Origin: Pirellulales bacterium | GTDB taxonomy: Bacteria; Planctomycetota; Planctomycetia; Pirellulales; JAICIG01 | DNA length: 64,000 bases | Reading direction: 5' to 3' | Assembly: GCA_035533075.1 (NCBI GenBank) | Contig: DATLUO010000255.1 | Coordinates: 7,673 to 71,672 of the forward strand | Part shown: in pieces, positions 39,215 to 48,531 of the stretch | How positions within the stretch are numbered: position 1 is the first letter of the stretch | Layout of the letters: each line of letters opens with the position of its first letter | The notes under the pieces: model-generated | Seen by the model: the letters and a program-made list of their open reading frames with translations, nothing else | Databases searched by the model: none | What the model was told of the DNA's origin: nothing | Position numbers and translations under genes: made by a program

Positions 39215-39790
39215 ATGAAGGTTTTCACAACTGGACAGGTCGCCAAGATCTGTAAGGTGGCCCCGCGCACCGTCAGCAAATGGTTCGATTCCGGCCGGCT
39301 GAAGGGTTACCGCATACCGGGATCCCAGGACCGTCGCATCCCCCGCGAATACCTGATTCGGTTCCTCAAGGAACATGGTATGCCGCTGGGCGATCTGGAA
39401 GACGAAGCGATGGCCAAAGTGCTCGTGGTCGGTCAAGACCAGGTGCTGCTGGAGAATCTGAAGCGAGAATTGCCGCTGGACAGATCGTTCAAGCTGGCGG
39501 TGGCCGCCAGCGGGTTCGAGGCGGGCATTCAAGCCGAAAGCTTCCACCCCGACTGCATCATTGTCGATTTCTCGATCGGCCGCATCGAAGCCTTGCAGAT
39601 TTGCCAGAATCTGCGGCGCAACAGCGAATACTCGGACACGATCCTGATTGCCTTGTTGCCCGACGACGGCAACTCCAACAGCTTCGATCGTTCGACGATC
39701 AACGAGACGTTCAAGAAGCCGTTCGACGTGGCCTTGCTGGCCGAGCGGTTGCGGACGCTGATTGGCGCCCGCAAAGAACTGGTCCGCTAA
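39215..39790 (+). CDS. Excisionase/MerR-type HTH fused to a C-terminal receiver (REC) domain
   Basis: GGAGAG precedes ATG 39215. HTH_17 pattern: MKVFTTGQVAKICKVAPRTVSKWFDSGRLKGYRIPGSQDRRIPREYL. REC pattern: KVLVVGQDQ..DCIIVDFSIG..TILIALL..FKKPF. Confidence 0.8.
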   Translation: MKVFTTGQVAKICKVAPRTVSKWFDSGRLKGYRIPGSQDRRIPREYLIRFLKEHGMPLGDLEDEAMAKVLVVGQDQVLLENLKRELPLDRSFKLAVAASGFEAGIQAESFHPDCIIVDFSIGRIEALQICQNLRRNSEYSDTILIALLPDDGNSNSFDRSTINETFKKPFDVALLAERLRTLIGARKELVR

Positions 39791-39852
39791 GGGCCTCCGG
39801 CGTCTTGGCCTGGGCAACGACGCACGACTATCGCCGCCTGTAAAAAACCAAC

Positions 39853-39886
39853 CCGTCGCGGATGACCCCCGCGACGGTTTTTTTTT
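39853..39886 (+). terminator. Rho-independent terminator downstream of the HTH-REC gene
   Basis: The stem ccgtcgcgg (39853-39861) pairs with ccgcgacgg (39869-39877) across a 7-nt loop. It is followed by a 9-T run (39878-39886) and preceded by an A-run. Confidence 0.85.
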
Positions 39887-39912
39887 GCGCCGGCATGGGC
39901 GTCGTGGGCGGC

Positions 39913-39994
39913 CGTAGGGTGGGACCAGCGAGCTTGCGAGCGCCGGCCCACCGTGAACGGCGTCGCTATCGGTGGGCCGGCTCTGGGCGTCCAC
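39913..39994. repeat. REP-like element plus a partial inverted second copy
   Basis: cgtagggtgggaccagcgagcttgcgagcgccggcccacc (39913-39952); ggtgggccggctctgggcgtccac (39971-39994). Confidence 0.85.
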
Positions 39995-40052
39995 TGCGGC
40001 CTGCATTATGATGGACTGCGGTGTTGAAAACTACCGAGCAGGCCTGAAACGC

Positions 40053-40670
40053 ATGTCCGCCACATCCGATCTCACGAGCGATTTTTCTCCGCGAGCGTGG
40101 AAAAACTTCCTGGTGAACATTTTGCCGCCGCAGGGCGCGTGGACCGAGGAACAATACCTGGCGTTCACCGACCATACAAACCGACTGATCGAATTCACTG
40201 ATGGCCGTTTGGAACCACTCCCCATGCCCACCGACCGCCATCAGTGTATTTTGGCCTATTTGTTCAAGGCTTTCGACAAGTTTATCGAGCCTCGTGCCGG
40301 CAAGGTTCACTTTTCTGGATTGCGGTTGCGGATCCGGGTGGAGAAGTTTCGCGAGCCGGACCTGTTGCTGCTCCTGTCGGCGAAAGACCCGCGCCGCCAG
40401 AACCGTTTTTGGACCGGCGCCGACTTGGCGTTGGAAGTCGTCAGTCGCGACAAGCCCAGCCGCGACCTGATCGATAAACGGGGCGATTACGCCGAAGGCG
40501 GCGTGCCGGAATATTGGATCGTGAACCCGGAGGACGAAAGCATCCTCGTGCTCCGGATCGAGGGCGGGATGTATGCCGAGGCGGGCACGTTTAAGCGTGG
40601 CGAATCGGCGGCGTCGGTGTTGCTGTCGGGGTTCGCGGTGGATGTGGACGCCGTGTTTGACGCGGATTGA
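40053..40670 (+). CDS. Uma2-family (DUF820) endonuclease
   Basis: Start placed at ATG 40053, because the upstream part of the ORF lies in the REP element. Pattern: EFTDGRLEPLPMP..REPDLLLL..GADLALEVVS..KRGDYAEGGVPEYWIVNPED. Confidence 0.8.
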   Translation: MSATSDLTSDFSPRAWKNFLVNILPPQGAWTEEQYLAFTDHTNRLIEFTDGRLEPLPMPTDRHQCILAYLFKAFDKFIEPRAGKVHFSGLRLRIRVEKFREPDLLLLLSAKDPRRQNRFWTGADLALEVVSRDKPSRDLIDKRGDYAEGGVPEYWIVNPEDESILVLRIEGGMYAEAGTFKRGESAASVLLSGFAVDVDAVFDAD

Positions 40671-40700
40671 ATAATGAACGCTGAGTTGGTGTCCAACGGA

Positions 40701-40747
40701 GGTAAGGTGGGGCAAGCGAGCTTGCGAGCGCTGGCCCACCTTACGCC
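40701..40747. repeat. REP-like palindrome
   Basis: ggtaaggtggggcaagcgagcttgcgagcgctggcccaccttacgcc. Confidence 0.85.
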
Positions 40748-40850
40748 TTTGCGTGAGAATCATTCGGGCCGGCATCCTGTTGCATTATGGTGGCGACCGG
40801 CTTACGCTCACGTAGAAAGTCCAGCCCCGAAACCGTCGCTCTCCTCGTTG

Positions 40851-43800
40851 ATGTCTCTTTTTCTTTGTCTTGCTATCGTTGTCGTCGCTCAGATCCATGC
40901 CAGCGACCCTCCCGCGCGTGTCGAAGAGCGGCGTGAAGCTGACCCAATCAAGAGCCCCCTCGAACCAGCCGAAAGCCTTTCTCACTTCCGGCTGGCGCCC
41001 GGCGTCAAGATCGCGCTGGTCGCGGCGGAGCCGGAAGTGGTCGACCCGGTGGCCATTCGCTTCGATGAAGCGGGCCGCTTGTGGGTCGTCGAGATGCGCG
41101 ACTATCCCAATGGCCCCGCCGCCGGCCAAAAGCCGCTCTCGCGCATCAAACTGTTGGAAGACGCCGACGGCGATGGACGCTACGAGACGGCCCATCTCTT
41201 TGCCGATCAACTCCTCTTCGCCACCGGCGTGCAGCCCTGGCACGGCGGCGTGATCGTCACCTTCTCCGGCCGGATCGAGTGGATGAAGGACACCGACGGC
41301 GACGGCAAGGCCGACCTGCGCGAGACCTGGTTCACCGGCTTCGCCGAAGAAAACCCGCAGCTCCGCGCCAATCACCCTCGCTTCTCGCTCGACAACTTCG
41401 TGTATGTGGCCAACGGCCTTCGCGGAGGCGTGGTGACCAGCAACTGGTCCCGTGCCGGCAATGTGGGCGCTCACCGACAACGCGAACTGCCCATCAGCGG
41501 CCGCGATTTCCGCTTTGAACCGTTGCGCGGCGAAGCCAGCGCCGTGTCGGGCAACGGACAGTTCGGCATGACCTTCGACGACTACGGCAACCGCTTTATC
41601 TGCAGCAACCGCAACCCGCTGATGCACGTCGTGCTGGAAGAGCGTTACCTGGCCCGCAACCCGCTGCTGGCGGTGCCGGCCGTCGTGAGCGACGTGGCCG
41701 CGTCGGGCGACAACTCGCACGTCTATCCGCTCAGCCAGGCCTGGACCACCTCGATCTTGCACGCCGGTCAATTCACGGCGGCCTGCGGAGCCGAAGTCTA
41801 TCGCGGCGACGCCCTCGGCGAGCATTTTCACGGTTGCGGCTTCACCTGCGAGCCGACCGGCAATTTGGTGCATTGCGAAACGATCGAACCCGCCGGCGCC
41901 ACCTTCGTCGGGCATCCCGAACGCGAGGGCGTGGAATTCCTCGCCTCGCCCGACACCTGGTTTCGCCCGGTGAATCTGGAAACCGGCCCGGACGGCGCCT
42001 TGTACGTGGTCGACATGTATCGGGCGGTGATCGAACATCCGCAGTTCGTGCCCGACGAATTGAAAGACCGGCCCGACCTGCGATACGGGGACGACCGCGG
42101 TCGCATCTATCGGCTGGTGGCGGAGGGCAAGCGGTCGCCGACGGCGCCGCCAAACCTGGCGCACGCCGGCCCTGACAAAGTGGCGCCGCTCTTGGCCCAC
42201 GAAAATCCCTGGTATCGCAGCACGGCCGCGCGGCTGCTGTATGTCCATCAGTGGCGGCAGGCGAAGCCGGTGGTCGAACGCATTCTGAGCGAGGCCAAAC
42301 AGCCGGCTGCCCGCGTGCAGGCCCTTTGGACGCTGCAAGGCTGGCGCGATCTCTCGCCGGAGCTGCTCGAACGGGCGCTCGGCGATCCGCACCCGCGCGT
42401 GCGCGAGGCGGCCGTGCTGCTGGCCGAGCCGCTGCTGGCCGATCGTGCCGAGCTGCGCAAGCGTGTCATGGCGCTGTCGGGCGATCGCGACGCGCGGCTG
42501 CGGTTTCAGGTGGCGCTCAGTCTGGGCGCGGCGCCGGGCGAAGAGGTGTTGCAGCCGTTGGCAAACATCGCCCTGGCCGGAGCCGATGACGTTTGGACGC
42601 GGCGGGCGGTGCTGACCGCGGTGCTCGATCTGCCTCACCAATTCCTGGCCAGGCTGCTGGATCAACTTCCCGGCGTGGGCGATTCGGCGGGTCATGCGCA
42701 GGCGGGACGCGCGCTCCACGGACAGGGAATCATGGAACTGCTGGCCGAAACGGCCCGGTTGGTTGGGGCACGTCGTCAAACCGAGGAAGTGGCAGGTGTA
42801 CTAAACAAGCTGGCCTCGGTCATTCAGTTATCGCACAAGCTGGCGATCGTGACGGGCATGGCGCGCGGCATGCAAAGCCGCGGGCTGAGCTGGGCGACGA
42901 TGGTTGCCCGGTTCGATAAAGACGCGGCGGCACGCAGAGCGGCCGACGCGATTCTTCGGCAGGCCGCCGAATTGGCGCAGGACTCCGACGCCGAGCTCGC
43001 GCAGCGCGAGCAGGCGTGTGCCTTGCTTCAGTTCGGCAGCGATGAGCTGGCCGTGCCCGTGCTGGCGGAAATCATCGACCGCGAGACGAACCAGTCCTTC
43101 AAGCAGCAGGCTGTCGCTTCGCTGGCCGCGCATGCCAGCCCACGGGCGACCGACCTGCTCATCGCGCAACTCAATCAGCAGACGCCAGCCATTCGTCGGG
43201 CGATGCTCAACGCGCTCTTGGCCCGGCCCGACCGTGTCGGCCGTTTGCTCGACGAGATTGCCGCTGGCCGGCTGAAAGCCTCGGAGCTCGATCCCTTGCA
43301 AGCCAACCGCTTGCGGCAGCACGCCGACGCGCAGTTGCGCGCCCGTGCCGTCGAGTTGCTGGCGGCGGCCGAGCCGGCCGAGCGGGCGGAAGTGATGAAG
43401 CGGTATCGAGCGGCGCTCGACCTGAAGGCCGACCCGCGGCACGGCCGCGAGGTGTTCCAGAAAAACTGCACCACCTGCCATCGCATCGGCCCGCTGGGCA
43501 TCGACGTGGCGCCGAGCATTGCCGACTCGCGCACGAAGTCCCAGGAGCAGCTCTTGCTCGACATCCTGGAGCCGAACCGGGCGATCGACAACAACTACGT
43601 CAGCTACTCGCTGACCACGGCCGACGGCCAATCGCTGGTGGGCGTGATTTCGGCCGAGACGGCTTCGTCGATCACCTTGAAGCAGCCCGAAGGCAAGGTG
43701 CTCACGCTGGCCCGCGGCGACATCGACGAGATTCATTCCAACGGCATTTCGCTGATGCCGGTAGGGTTGGAAAAGAACATCTCGCTGGAGGACATGGCCG

Positions 43801-43868
43801 ACCTGATTTCGTTCATCAAGAACTGGCGCTACCTGGAGGCCGACCTGCCCGCGCGGGCCGGGAAATAG
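40851..43868 (+). CDS. PVC-type heme-binding CxxCH protein: membrane-bound dehydrogenase domain, HEAT repeats, C-terminal cytochrome c domain
   Basis: Signal peptide from ATG 40851 (MSLFLCLAIVVVAQIHA). Dehydrogenase-domain pattern: VAAEPEVVDPVAIRFDEAGRLWVVEM, ..GALYVVDMYR..IEHPQF. HEAT-like repeats are present. Heme motif: CTTCHRIG. Confidence 0.88.
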   Translation: MSLFLCLAIVVVAQIHASDPPARVEERREADPIKSPLEPAESLSHFRLAPGVKIALVAAEPEVVDPVAIRFDEAGRLWVVEMRDYPNGPAAGQKPLSRIKLLEDADGDGRYETAHLFADQLLFATGVQPWHGGVIVTFSGRIEWMKDTDGDGKADLRETWFTGFAEENPQLRANHPRFSLDNFVYVANGLRGGVVTSNWSRAGNVGAHRQRELPISGRDFRFEPLRGEASAVSGNGQFGMTFDDYGNRFICSNRNPLMHVVLEERYLARNPLLAVPAVVSDVAASGDNSHVYPLSQAWTTSILHAGQFTAACGAEVYRGDALGEHFHGCGFTCEPTGNLVHCETIEPAGATFVGHPEREGVEFLASPDTWFRPVNLETGPDGALYVVDMYRAVIEHPQFVPDELKDRPDLRYGDDRGRIYRLVAEGKRSPTAPPNLAHAGPDKVAPLLAHENPWYRSTAARLLYVHQWRQAKPVVERILSEAKQPAARVQALWTLQGWRDLSPELLERALGDPHPRVREAAVLLAEPLLADRAELRKRVMALSGDRDARLRFQVALSLGAAPGEEVLQPLANIALAGADDVWTRRAVLTAVLDLPHQFLARLLDQLPGVGDSAGHAQAGRALHGQGIMELLAETARLVGARRQTEEVAGVLNKLASVIQLSHKLAIVTGMARGMQSRGLSWATMVARFDKDAAARRAADAILRQAAELAQDSDAELAQREQACALLQFGSDELAVPVLAEIIDRETNQSFKQQAVASLAAHASPRATDLLIAQLNQQTPAIRRAMLNALLARPDRVGRLLDEIAAGRLKASELDPLQANRLRQHADAQLRARAVELLAAAEPAERAEVMKRYRAALDLKADPRHGREVFQKNCTTCHRIGPLGIDVAPSIADSRTKSQEQLLLDILEPNRAIDNNYVSYSLTTADGQSLVGVISAETASSITLKQPEGKVLTLARGDIDEIHSNGISLMPVGLEKNISLEDMADLISFIKNWRYLEADLPARAGK

Positions 43869-43872
43869 AGTA

Positions 43873-43912
43873 CGTAGGGTGGGACCAGCGAGCTTGCAAG
43901 CGCCGGCCCACC
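43873..43912. repeat. REP-like palindrome
   Basis: cgtagggtgggaccagcgagcttgcaagcgccggcccacc. Confidence 0.85.
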
Positions 43913-44134
43913 GCTGCAAAAGGCGGAAGGCAGAAGGTGAGGGCAGAATAAAGGATTTGTGCCTTCATCCTTCTACGCTACTCCGGTGGTGGGCGTCGAG
44001 GTGGCGGACGACGGCTGCGGCGGCCGCAACACCTTCACCGAGCGTGCCCGCCAATGGCGTTGACCGGGGTTTATCGCGGGATACAATCGTTAGTTGGGCG
44101 TAGGACTGGGAAGTTCGCTCTTCGATCCGGTGAT

Positions 44135-44362
44135 ATGAGCACAGCGCCCCCGACAAGCGGCTACACACCGACATTCGACCATGTCGGGCGAGCAATGCAA
44201 CTCACTGATTCTGAGATCCGCGAGCGTAACCTGGTTGCGCTCGCGGCGCTTGACGCCGTCGAACAGATCGGAGATGCCGGCGAACAGCGGGAGACTCTCG
44301 ACTACCTAAGGCAGGCCGTTGACGACGACCGGTTGTCGGCGCGGCCGCGCTTCGGGTCATGA
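44135..44362 (+). CDS. Putative antitoxin of the downstream PIN toxin (start uncertain: ATG 44135 or 44195)
   Basis: Small acidic ORF: ..MQLTDSEIRERNLVALAALDAVEQIGDAGEQRETLDYLRQAVDDDR.. Its stop overlaps the PIN gene's ATG as ATGA (44359-44362). Confidence 0.6.
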   Translation: MSTAPPTSGYTPTFDHVGRAMQLTDSEIRERNLVALAALDAVEQIGDAGEQRETLDYLRQAVDDDRLSARPRFGS

Positions 44363-44817
44363 GGCTCGTCGTCGTCGACACTGGGACGCTGGGATTGTTG
44401 ACTCATCCTCGAGCCCAGCCGACCGCCCGCGCCTGTTGGCAGTGGGCTCAATCGTTACTGGCAGCAGGCGTGCGGATCATCGTGCCCGGCATTGCAGTCT
44501 ACGAATTGCGGCGCGAGTTGATCCGGGCAGGAAAGGCATTGGGGTTGCAGCGGCTCGACGCAATTCGGGCCGGCTTTGAATTTGATCCGGTAACTCAGAC
44601 ATCGCTCGACGAGGCTGCGAGGTTATGGGCGGTCGTCCGGAATGCCGGATTGACGACAGCTCATCCAGCGGCATTGGATGGGGACGCTATCCTCGCGGCC
44701 CAAACCATGCTTGCGACCTCGGCTGGCGATACTGCCACAATTGCGACGGACAATCAACGTCATCTCTCGCGTTTTCCTGGAATTGATGCGCGACGCTGGC
44801 AGAGCATCATTTGTTGA
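44359..44817 (+). CDS. PIN-domain toxin (VapC-like)
   Basis: 152 aa. MRLVVVDTGTLGLL.., ..LDGDAILAAQ.., ..TIATDNQRHLSRF. Confidence 0.75.
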   Translation: MRLVVVDTGTLGLLTHPRAQPTARACWQWAQSLLAAGVRIIVPGIAVYELRRELIRAGKALGLQRLDAIRAGFEFDPVTQTSLDEAARLWAVVRNAGLTTAHPAALDGDAILAAQTMLATSAGDTATIATDNQRHLSRFPGIDARRWQSIIC

Positions 44818-45625
44818 GCGGGAACCCGCCTGCTCCGCCGAAAACAACGCTGACAGCAAGTTCTGCTCGGCATGCGTTTTCCGCGACGAGCGGCATCGAT
44901 GCGACACGCGTGTCGCATCGGTCGCAGACGGCGCTCTTGCGCGCCATCCGCGGCGTGGTGTTTACAAACGGGAGGACCGATGAAGCGAACGGCAGCATCG
45001 CGGTGATTACTCCCGCGGTCAGCCAGCGAGCTTGCAGCCGGCCGAGGCAGACCAGCGCGGCGGCGGCGCCGACCAGGGCCATGAACATGTCCCATTGCGC
45101 GTCCCAGGGATCGCCCTGCATCCCCAGCCACTCGGGGCCTTGGTCGGGATAAAAGGCCAGCACCCAGCCCCATTCCACAATCTCGTACAAAGCGCTGAAC
45201 GCCAGCGGCACCGCCGCGCTCAACAGGAGCACGAGCCATGCGCGACGCACTTCGCCCACGCGCACCAGCACCTCGCGCGCGATCAAGGCGGGCGTGAAGC
45301 CCTGCGCGAAATGCCCGACGCGGTCGAACGGGTTGCGGTCGAGGCCCAAGGCGTCTCGCAGCCAGTTGCCGGGCGGCGCCTCGGCGTAGCTGTATTTGGC
45401 GCCGATCGCCAGAATGACGAAGTGGGCCGCCGCCGTCAGATAGACCATCGGCGTGAAGCGGAACCGCGGTGCCACGGCCGCCAGCACGCCGATGCCCACG
45501 CCGCCGATCGACAGTTCGAAGAACCAAGTGCCATAGTCGCGCGTCCCGACCGCCGACCACGCCGTGGCAACGAGCGCCACGGCCAGCATGGTCCACAGCG
45601 GCATGTCGGCACGGCGATACGTCAT
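44807..45625 (-). CDS. DUF2238 (YjdF-like) inner membrane protein
   Basis: 272-aa polytopic ORF. LGLDRNPFDRVGHFAQGFTPALIAREVL resembles the DUF2238 signature. The tail overlaps the convergent PIN gene by 11 nt. Confidence 0.7.
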   Translation of the reverse strand: MTYRRADMPLWTMLAVALVATAWSAVGTRDYGTWFFELSIGGVGIGVLAAVAPRFRFTPMVYLTAAAHFVILAIGAKYSYAEAPPGNWLRDALGLDRNPFDRVGHFAQGFTPALIAREVLVRVGEVRRAWLVLLLSAAVPLAFSALYEIVEWGWVLAFYPDQGPEWLGMQGDPWDAQWDMFMALVGAAAALVCLGRLQARWLTAGVITAMLPFASSVLPFVNTTPRMARKSAVCDRCDTRVASMPLVAENACRAELAVSVVFGGAGGFPLNK

Positions 45626-45646
45626 AGCGAGGCGTTAGGGCCTGGC

Positions 45647-47839
45647 TCAGATGGTGCTGCCCTTCTGATAGAAGTCGGGCAAGGCCGCCGCGGTGCCGGC
45701 GGCCGGCGCCGGAGGATTGTTCGCGTACTCCGGCAAGTTCGTGATCTCCTGCTCGATCGTGCGGTCGGTGGCGCCGGCCTTCATCTGGTCCACATATTGC
45801 GTGGTTTCCGCGGCGGTCGGTGCGCGGAACAAGTACTCCTGGAACCAACCCGCCACGTCGTTGCCATAAGCCTCCGGGCTGTCGAAGAAGCCGAGCGCGA
45901 TTTCGTACCGTATCGTGCCCGGGTCAACCCCCGCCGCCGCCTGCTGGTTATAAAAGTTCGTCCAGAACGTCTGACCAGCCGGGTCCGGCGTGCGGTTGAG
46001 AATGCGTTGGTAAAGCGCCGTGAGCCACGACTGGGGCGACCCGCCCGCCGAACTGTAGAATTCAGGGCTGTCCGCAAAGCCGGCCTTGATCTGCTCCGGC
46101 CCGCCGGTAGCGTGCCAGACGCTCTTCCAATACGCCAGACCGCCCGCATCGAGCGGGCGCAGCAGATATTGTTCATAGTAGTTGCCGAGCACCTTGTCGA
46201 GCAGCTCGTCGCTCTCGAAGAAGCCAAATGCGATGTCGCCGGTTTTGCCGCCGTTGTTGAAATCGCCGGTCCAGTATTGCAGGCCAGACGGATCGGGCGT
46301 GCGGTTGAGCACCGATTCGTAGAACTTCCAGACCACGGCCGCGTGCTGCGAGAGCACGGTGACGGTGGCCGTGGTTTGATCGCCTGAGGTGTCGGTCACC
46401 GTGAACTGGGCGCTGTCGTAGCCGGGGAAGTTGGTTCCCGGCGTATAGGTGAACGAACCGTCGGCCTTGATCGCGAAGCTGCCGCCCTGCGCGCCGGCCA
46501 CGGTGCCGGCAGTGACGCTGAGCGGAGTGGGGGCCGTATCGCCGCTGAGCAATCCGTCGGCCGCCGAGACGGTCGCCGTGCCCGAACCGATCACGTAGGT
46601 CTGGTCGGTCGCCACGATCGACGTGCTCACGGGCTTAAAGAGATCGGCCAGGTCGTTTGTGCCCGCCGTGTTCGCGTCGCCCAAGAATCCTCCGCCCGGA
46701 GCCGGCACGTTAAACAACTCCTGCATCGTCTTCAGGTCGGAAGAGTGCGTGAAAGGCTGCGTGCTGTCGTAGGCGTTCCCCTTGGCCAGCGGCGAGATCA
46801 CGATCTCGGGTATCGTATATTGAGACGTGCTTCCACCTTCGCTTTCGTCGAACCAGATGACAATCGCGCCGTTATTCTTGTAGGCCTGCGAAGCCTCGAT
46901 CATGGGGATGATCTGCGAAAGGAAGTTGTCGCCCTCTGCGATCGCCTCTTGATCGGTACCGTCGTTCTTGTTGGCATCGTCATAGGTAACGCCGTTGTAC
47001 GTAAACGTCGTGCTCTTGTCCGCCGGCAGCGAATTGTGCATGTCGTTGTACAGGTCGGGAGTAATCAGGTTGTACCGTCCGACCGCGTTTTGATTCAGGT
47101 CGGTTTGCAACTGTTGCAGGGGATCGTAGTGCGACACCTCGGGGTTCGAGGGTAAAAGGTCGGGCGCCGAGCTGGTGCTGCCGTTGGTGGCCGTGAAAAA
47201 CAGTTGCCCGTCGTGCTTGGCCGCGAAACCATAATAGTTGTTGTGGTTGTAAGGATTGGTGTACGCCGTCGAACTACCGATGACGCTCTGTAGCGGAACG
47301 GTCCACTGGTTCTGCGGCAGTGGCTGGTAGGTCAACTGACCGCTGCCGTTGGTACTCAGGTCGATGTCTTCCTGATACGATTTCCAGGAGATGCCGGCAG
47401 TCTGCAACAATGCGCTGAGGTTGGGGGCGTTGACGATGTTGCTGGGGTAGGGATCGCTGTCGTTGAGCGGCCCGTGGGTGCCCGACTCCTGCCAGATGTA
47501 GTTCGGCTCGGAGGGGTGCGTGCTGTCGGCGTTGTAGTAATTGCTGGCGTACGAGGTTTGCGCGGCGTTGGCATTGCCCGGCGTCATGAGGCTGTTCAGG
47601 TAGGGGGCGGCCGGATTGCCCATGAGTTGCTCCGGCGAGCCGCTGAGGCCGGAGGGTTGCGTGAGGTTGTGGTTCTCCATGTCGATGTAGAAGACGTCGC
47701 CGACATTGGCCATCTGGGAGCCCGAGAGCATCGCGCGGGATTCGAGTCCCTCGATGAGCGACCGGCGACGGCGTTGGCCGGTCTTGTGGCGGCGGCGAAG
47801 AGAAAACAGGCTGGCCCGCGGAGAGACGATGTTTCGCAT
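45647..47839 (-). CDS. Secreted phosphoesterase-family (AcpA/PLC-like) protein with an Ig-like region and C-terminal DUF4214 repeats
   Basis: Start at ATG 47839: MRNIVSPRASLFSLRRRHKTGQRRRRSLIEGLESRAMLSG. Phosphoesterase pattern: VFYIDMENHN..APYLNSL..HPSEPNYIWQESG..ISWKSYQE. DUF4214 pattern: YESVLNRTPDPSGLQYW, YQRILNRTPDPAGQTFW. Confidence 0.85.
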   Translation of the reverse strand: MRNIVSPRASLFSLRRRHKTGQRRRRSLIEGLESRAMLSGSQMANVGDVFYIDMENHNLTQPSGLSGSPEQLMGNPAAPYLNSLMTPGNANAAQTSYASNYYNADSTHPSEPNYIWQESGTHGPLNDSDPYPSNIVNAPNLSALLQTAGISWKSYQEDIDLSTNGSGQLTYQPLPQNQWTVPLQSVIGSSTAYTNPYNHNNYYGFAAKHDGQLFFTATNGSTSSAPDLLPSNPEVSHYDPLQQLQTDLNQNAVGRYNLITPDLYNDMHNSLPADKSTTFTYNGVTYDDANKNDGTDQEAIAEGDNFLSQIIPMIEASQAYKNNGAIVIWFDESEGGSTSQYTIPEIVISPLAKGNAYDSTQPFTHSSDLKTMQELFNVPAPGGGFLGDANTAGTNDLADLFKPVSTSIVATDQTYVIGSGTATVSAADGLLSGDTAPTPLSVTAGTVAGAQGGSFAIKADGSFTYTPGTNFPGYDSAQFTVTDTSGDQTTATVTVLSQHAAVVWKFYESVLNRTPDPSGLQYWTGDFNNGGKTGDIAFGFFESDELLDKVLGNYYEQYLLRPLDAGGLAYWKSVWHATGGPEQIKAGFADSPEFYSSAGGSPQSWLTALYQRILNRTPDPAGQTFWTNFYNQQAAAGVDPGTIRYEIALGFFDSPEAYGNDVAGWFQEYLFRAPTAAETTQYVDQMKAGATDRTIEQEITNLPEYANNPPAPAAGTAAALPDFYQKGSTI

Positions 47840-48132
47840 GAGATGAGATCCAGGGTGTGGTAGACGGGCGGCCCAACCCCCAGGCAAAGTACCCAAACGT
47901 TGGGTCAAAAGTAACGGGCAGACAGCCGCCACCTTAGCCTTCCGCAAGGGCGTTTGCAAGGGGCGGGAAGCTTTTGGTAGTGATTCCTTTGAGAATAGGT
48001 AAAGGGATTTCTGTCGGGCGGTAGAATCAGGGTTGTTCCTGAACCGCTTGCACGCCGGCCCGGACGGCCTATCATGGCGGTGGCGAATGTTCCGCCATCC
48101 TCGTTCAACCCCTTTTAACGGAGGCGATTTCG

Positions 48133-48531
48133 ATGCGAAGCCTGACTCTTGCCGCGGCGACTCTGGCGATTACGGCCACTTGTCTTGCCGGTCTCTCGCG
48201 GGCCGACGACAGCACCGATCCGACCGGCACCTGGAAATGGTCGGTGACGTTCAACAACCAGACCCGCGATCTCACGCTCAAGCTCAAACTCGAAGGCGAC
48301 AAGCTCACCGGTGCCATGCTCGGACGGAACAATCGGGAAATCGCCATCGAGAACGCCAGCTATAAGGACGGCGAAGTCGCGTTCACGGTCACCCGCGAGC
48401 GGAACGGGCAAAAGTTCACCTCCAAGTACAAAGGCAAGGTGAGCGGCGACACGATCAAAGGCACCATCGAGAACGAACGCGACGGACAAACGCGGTCGCG
48501 CGACTGGGAAGCCAAACGCGAGAAAGCCTAA
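48133..48531 (+). CDS. Secreted hypothetical protein
   Basis: 132 aa. Signal peptide MRSLTLAAATLAITATCLAGLSRA. Two similar halves (GTWKW..LKLEGDKLTG / YKGKVSGDTIKG). The stop abuts the next gene's ATG. Confidence 0.7.
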   Translation: MRSLTLAAATLAITATCLAGLSRADDSTDPTGTWKWSVTFNNQTRDLTLKLKLEGDKLTGAMLGRNNREIAIENASYKDGEVAFTVTRERNGQKFTSKYKGKVSGDTIKGTIENERDGQTRSRDWEAKREKA

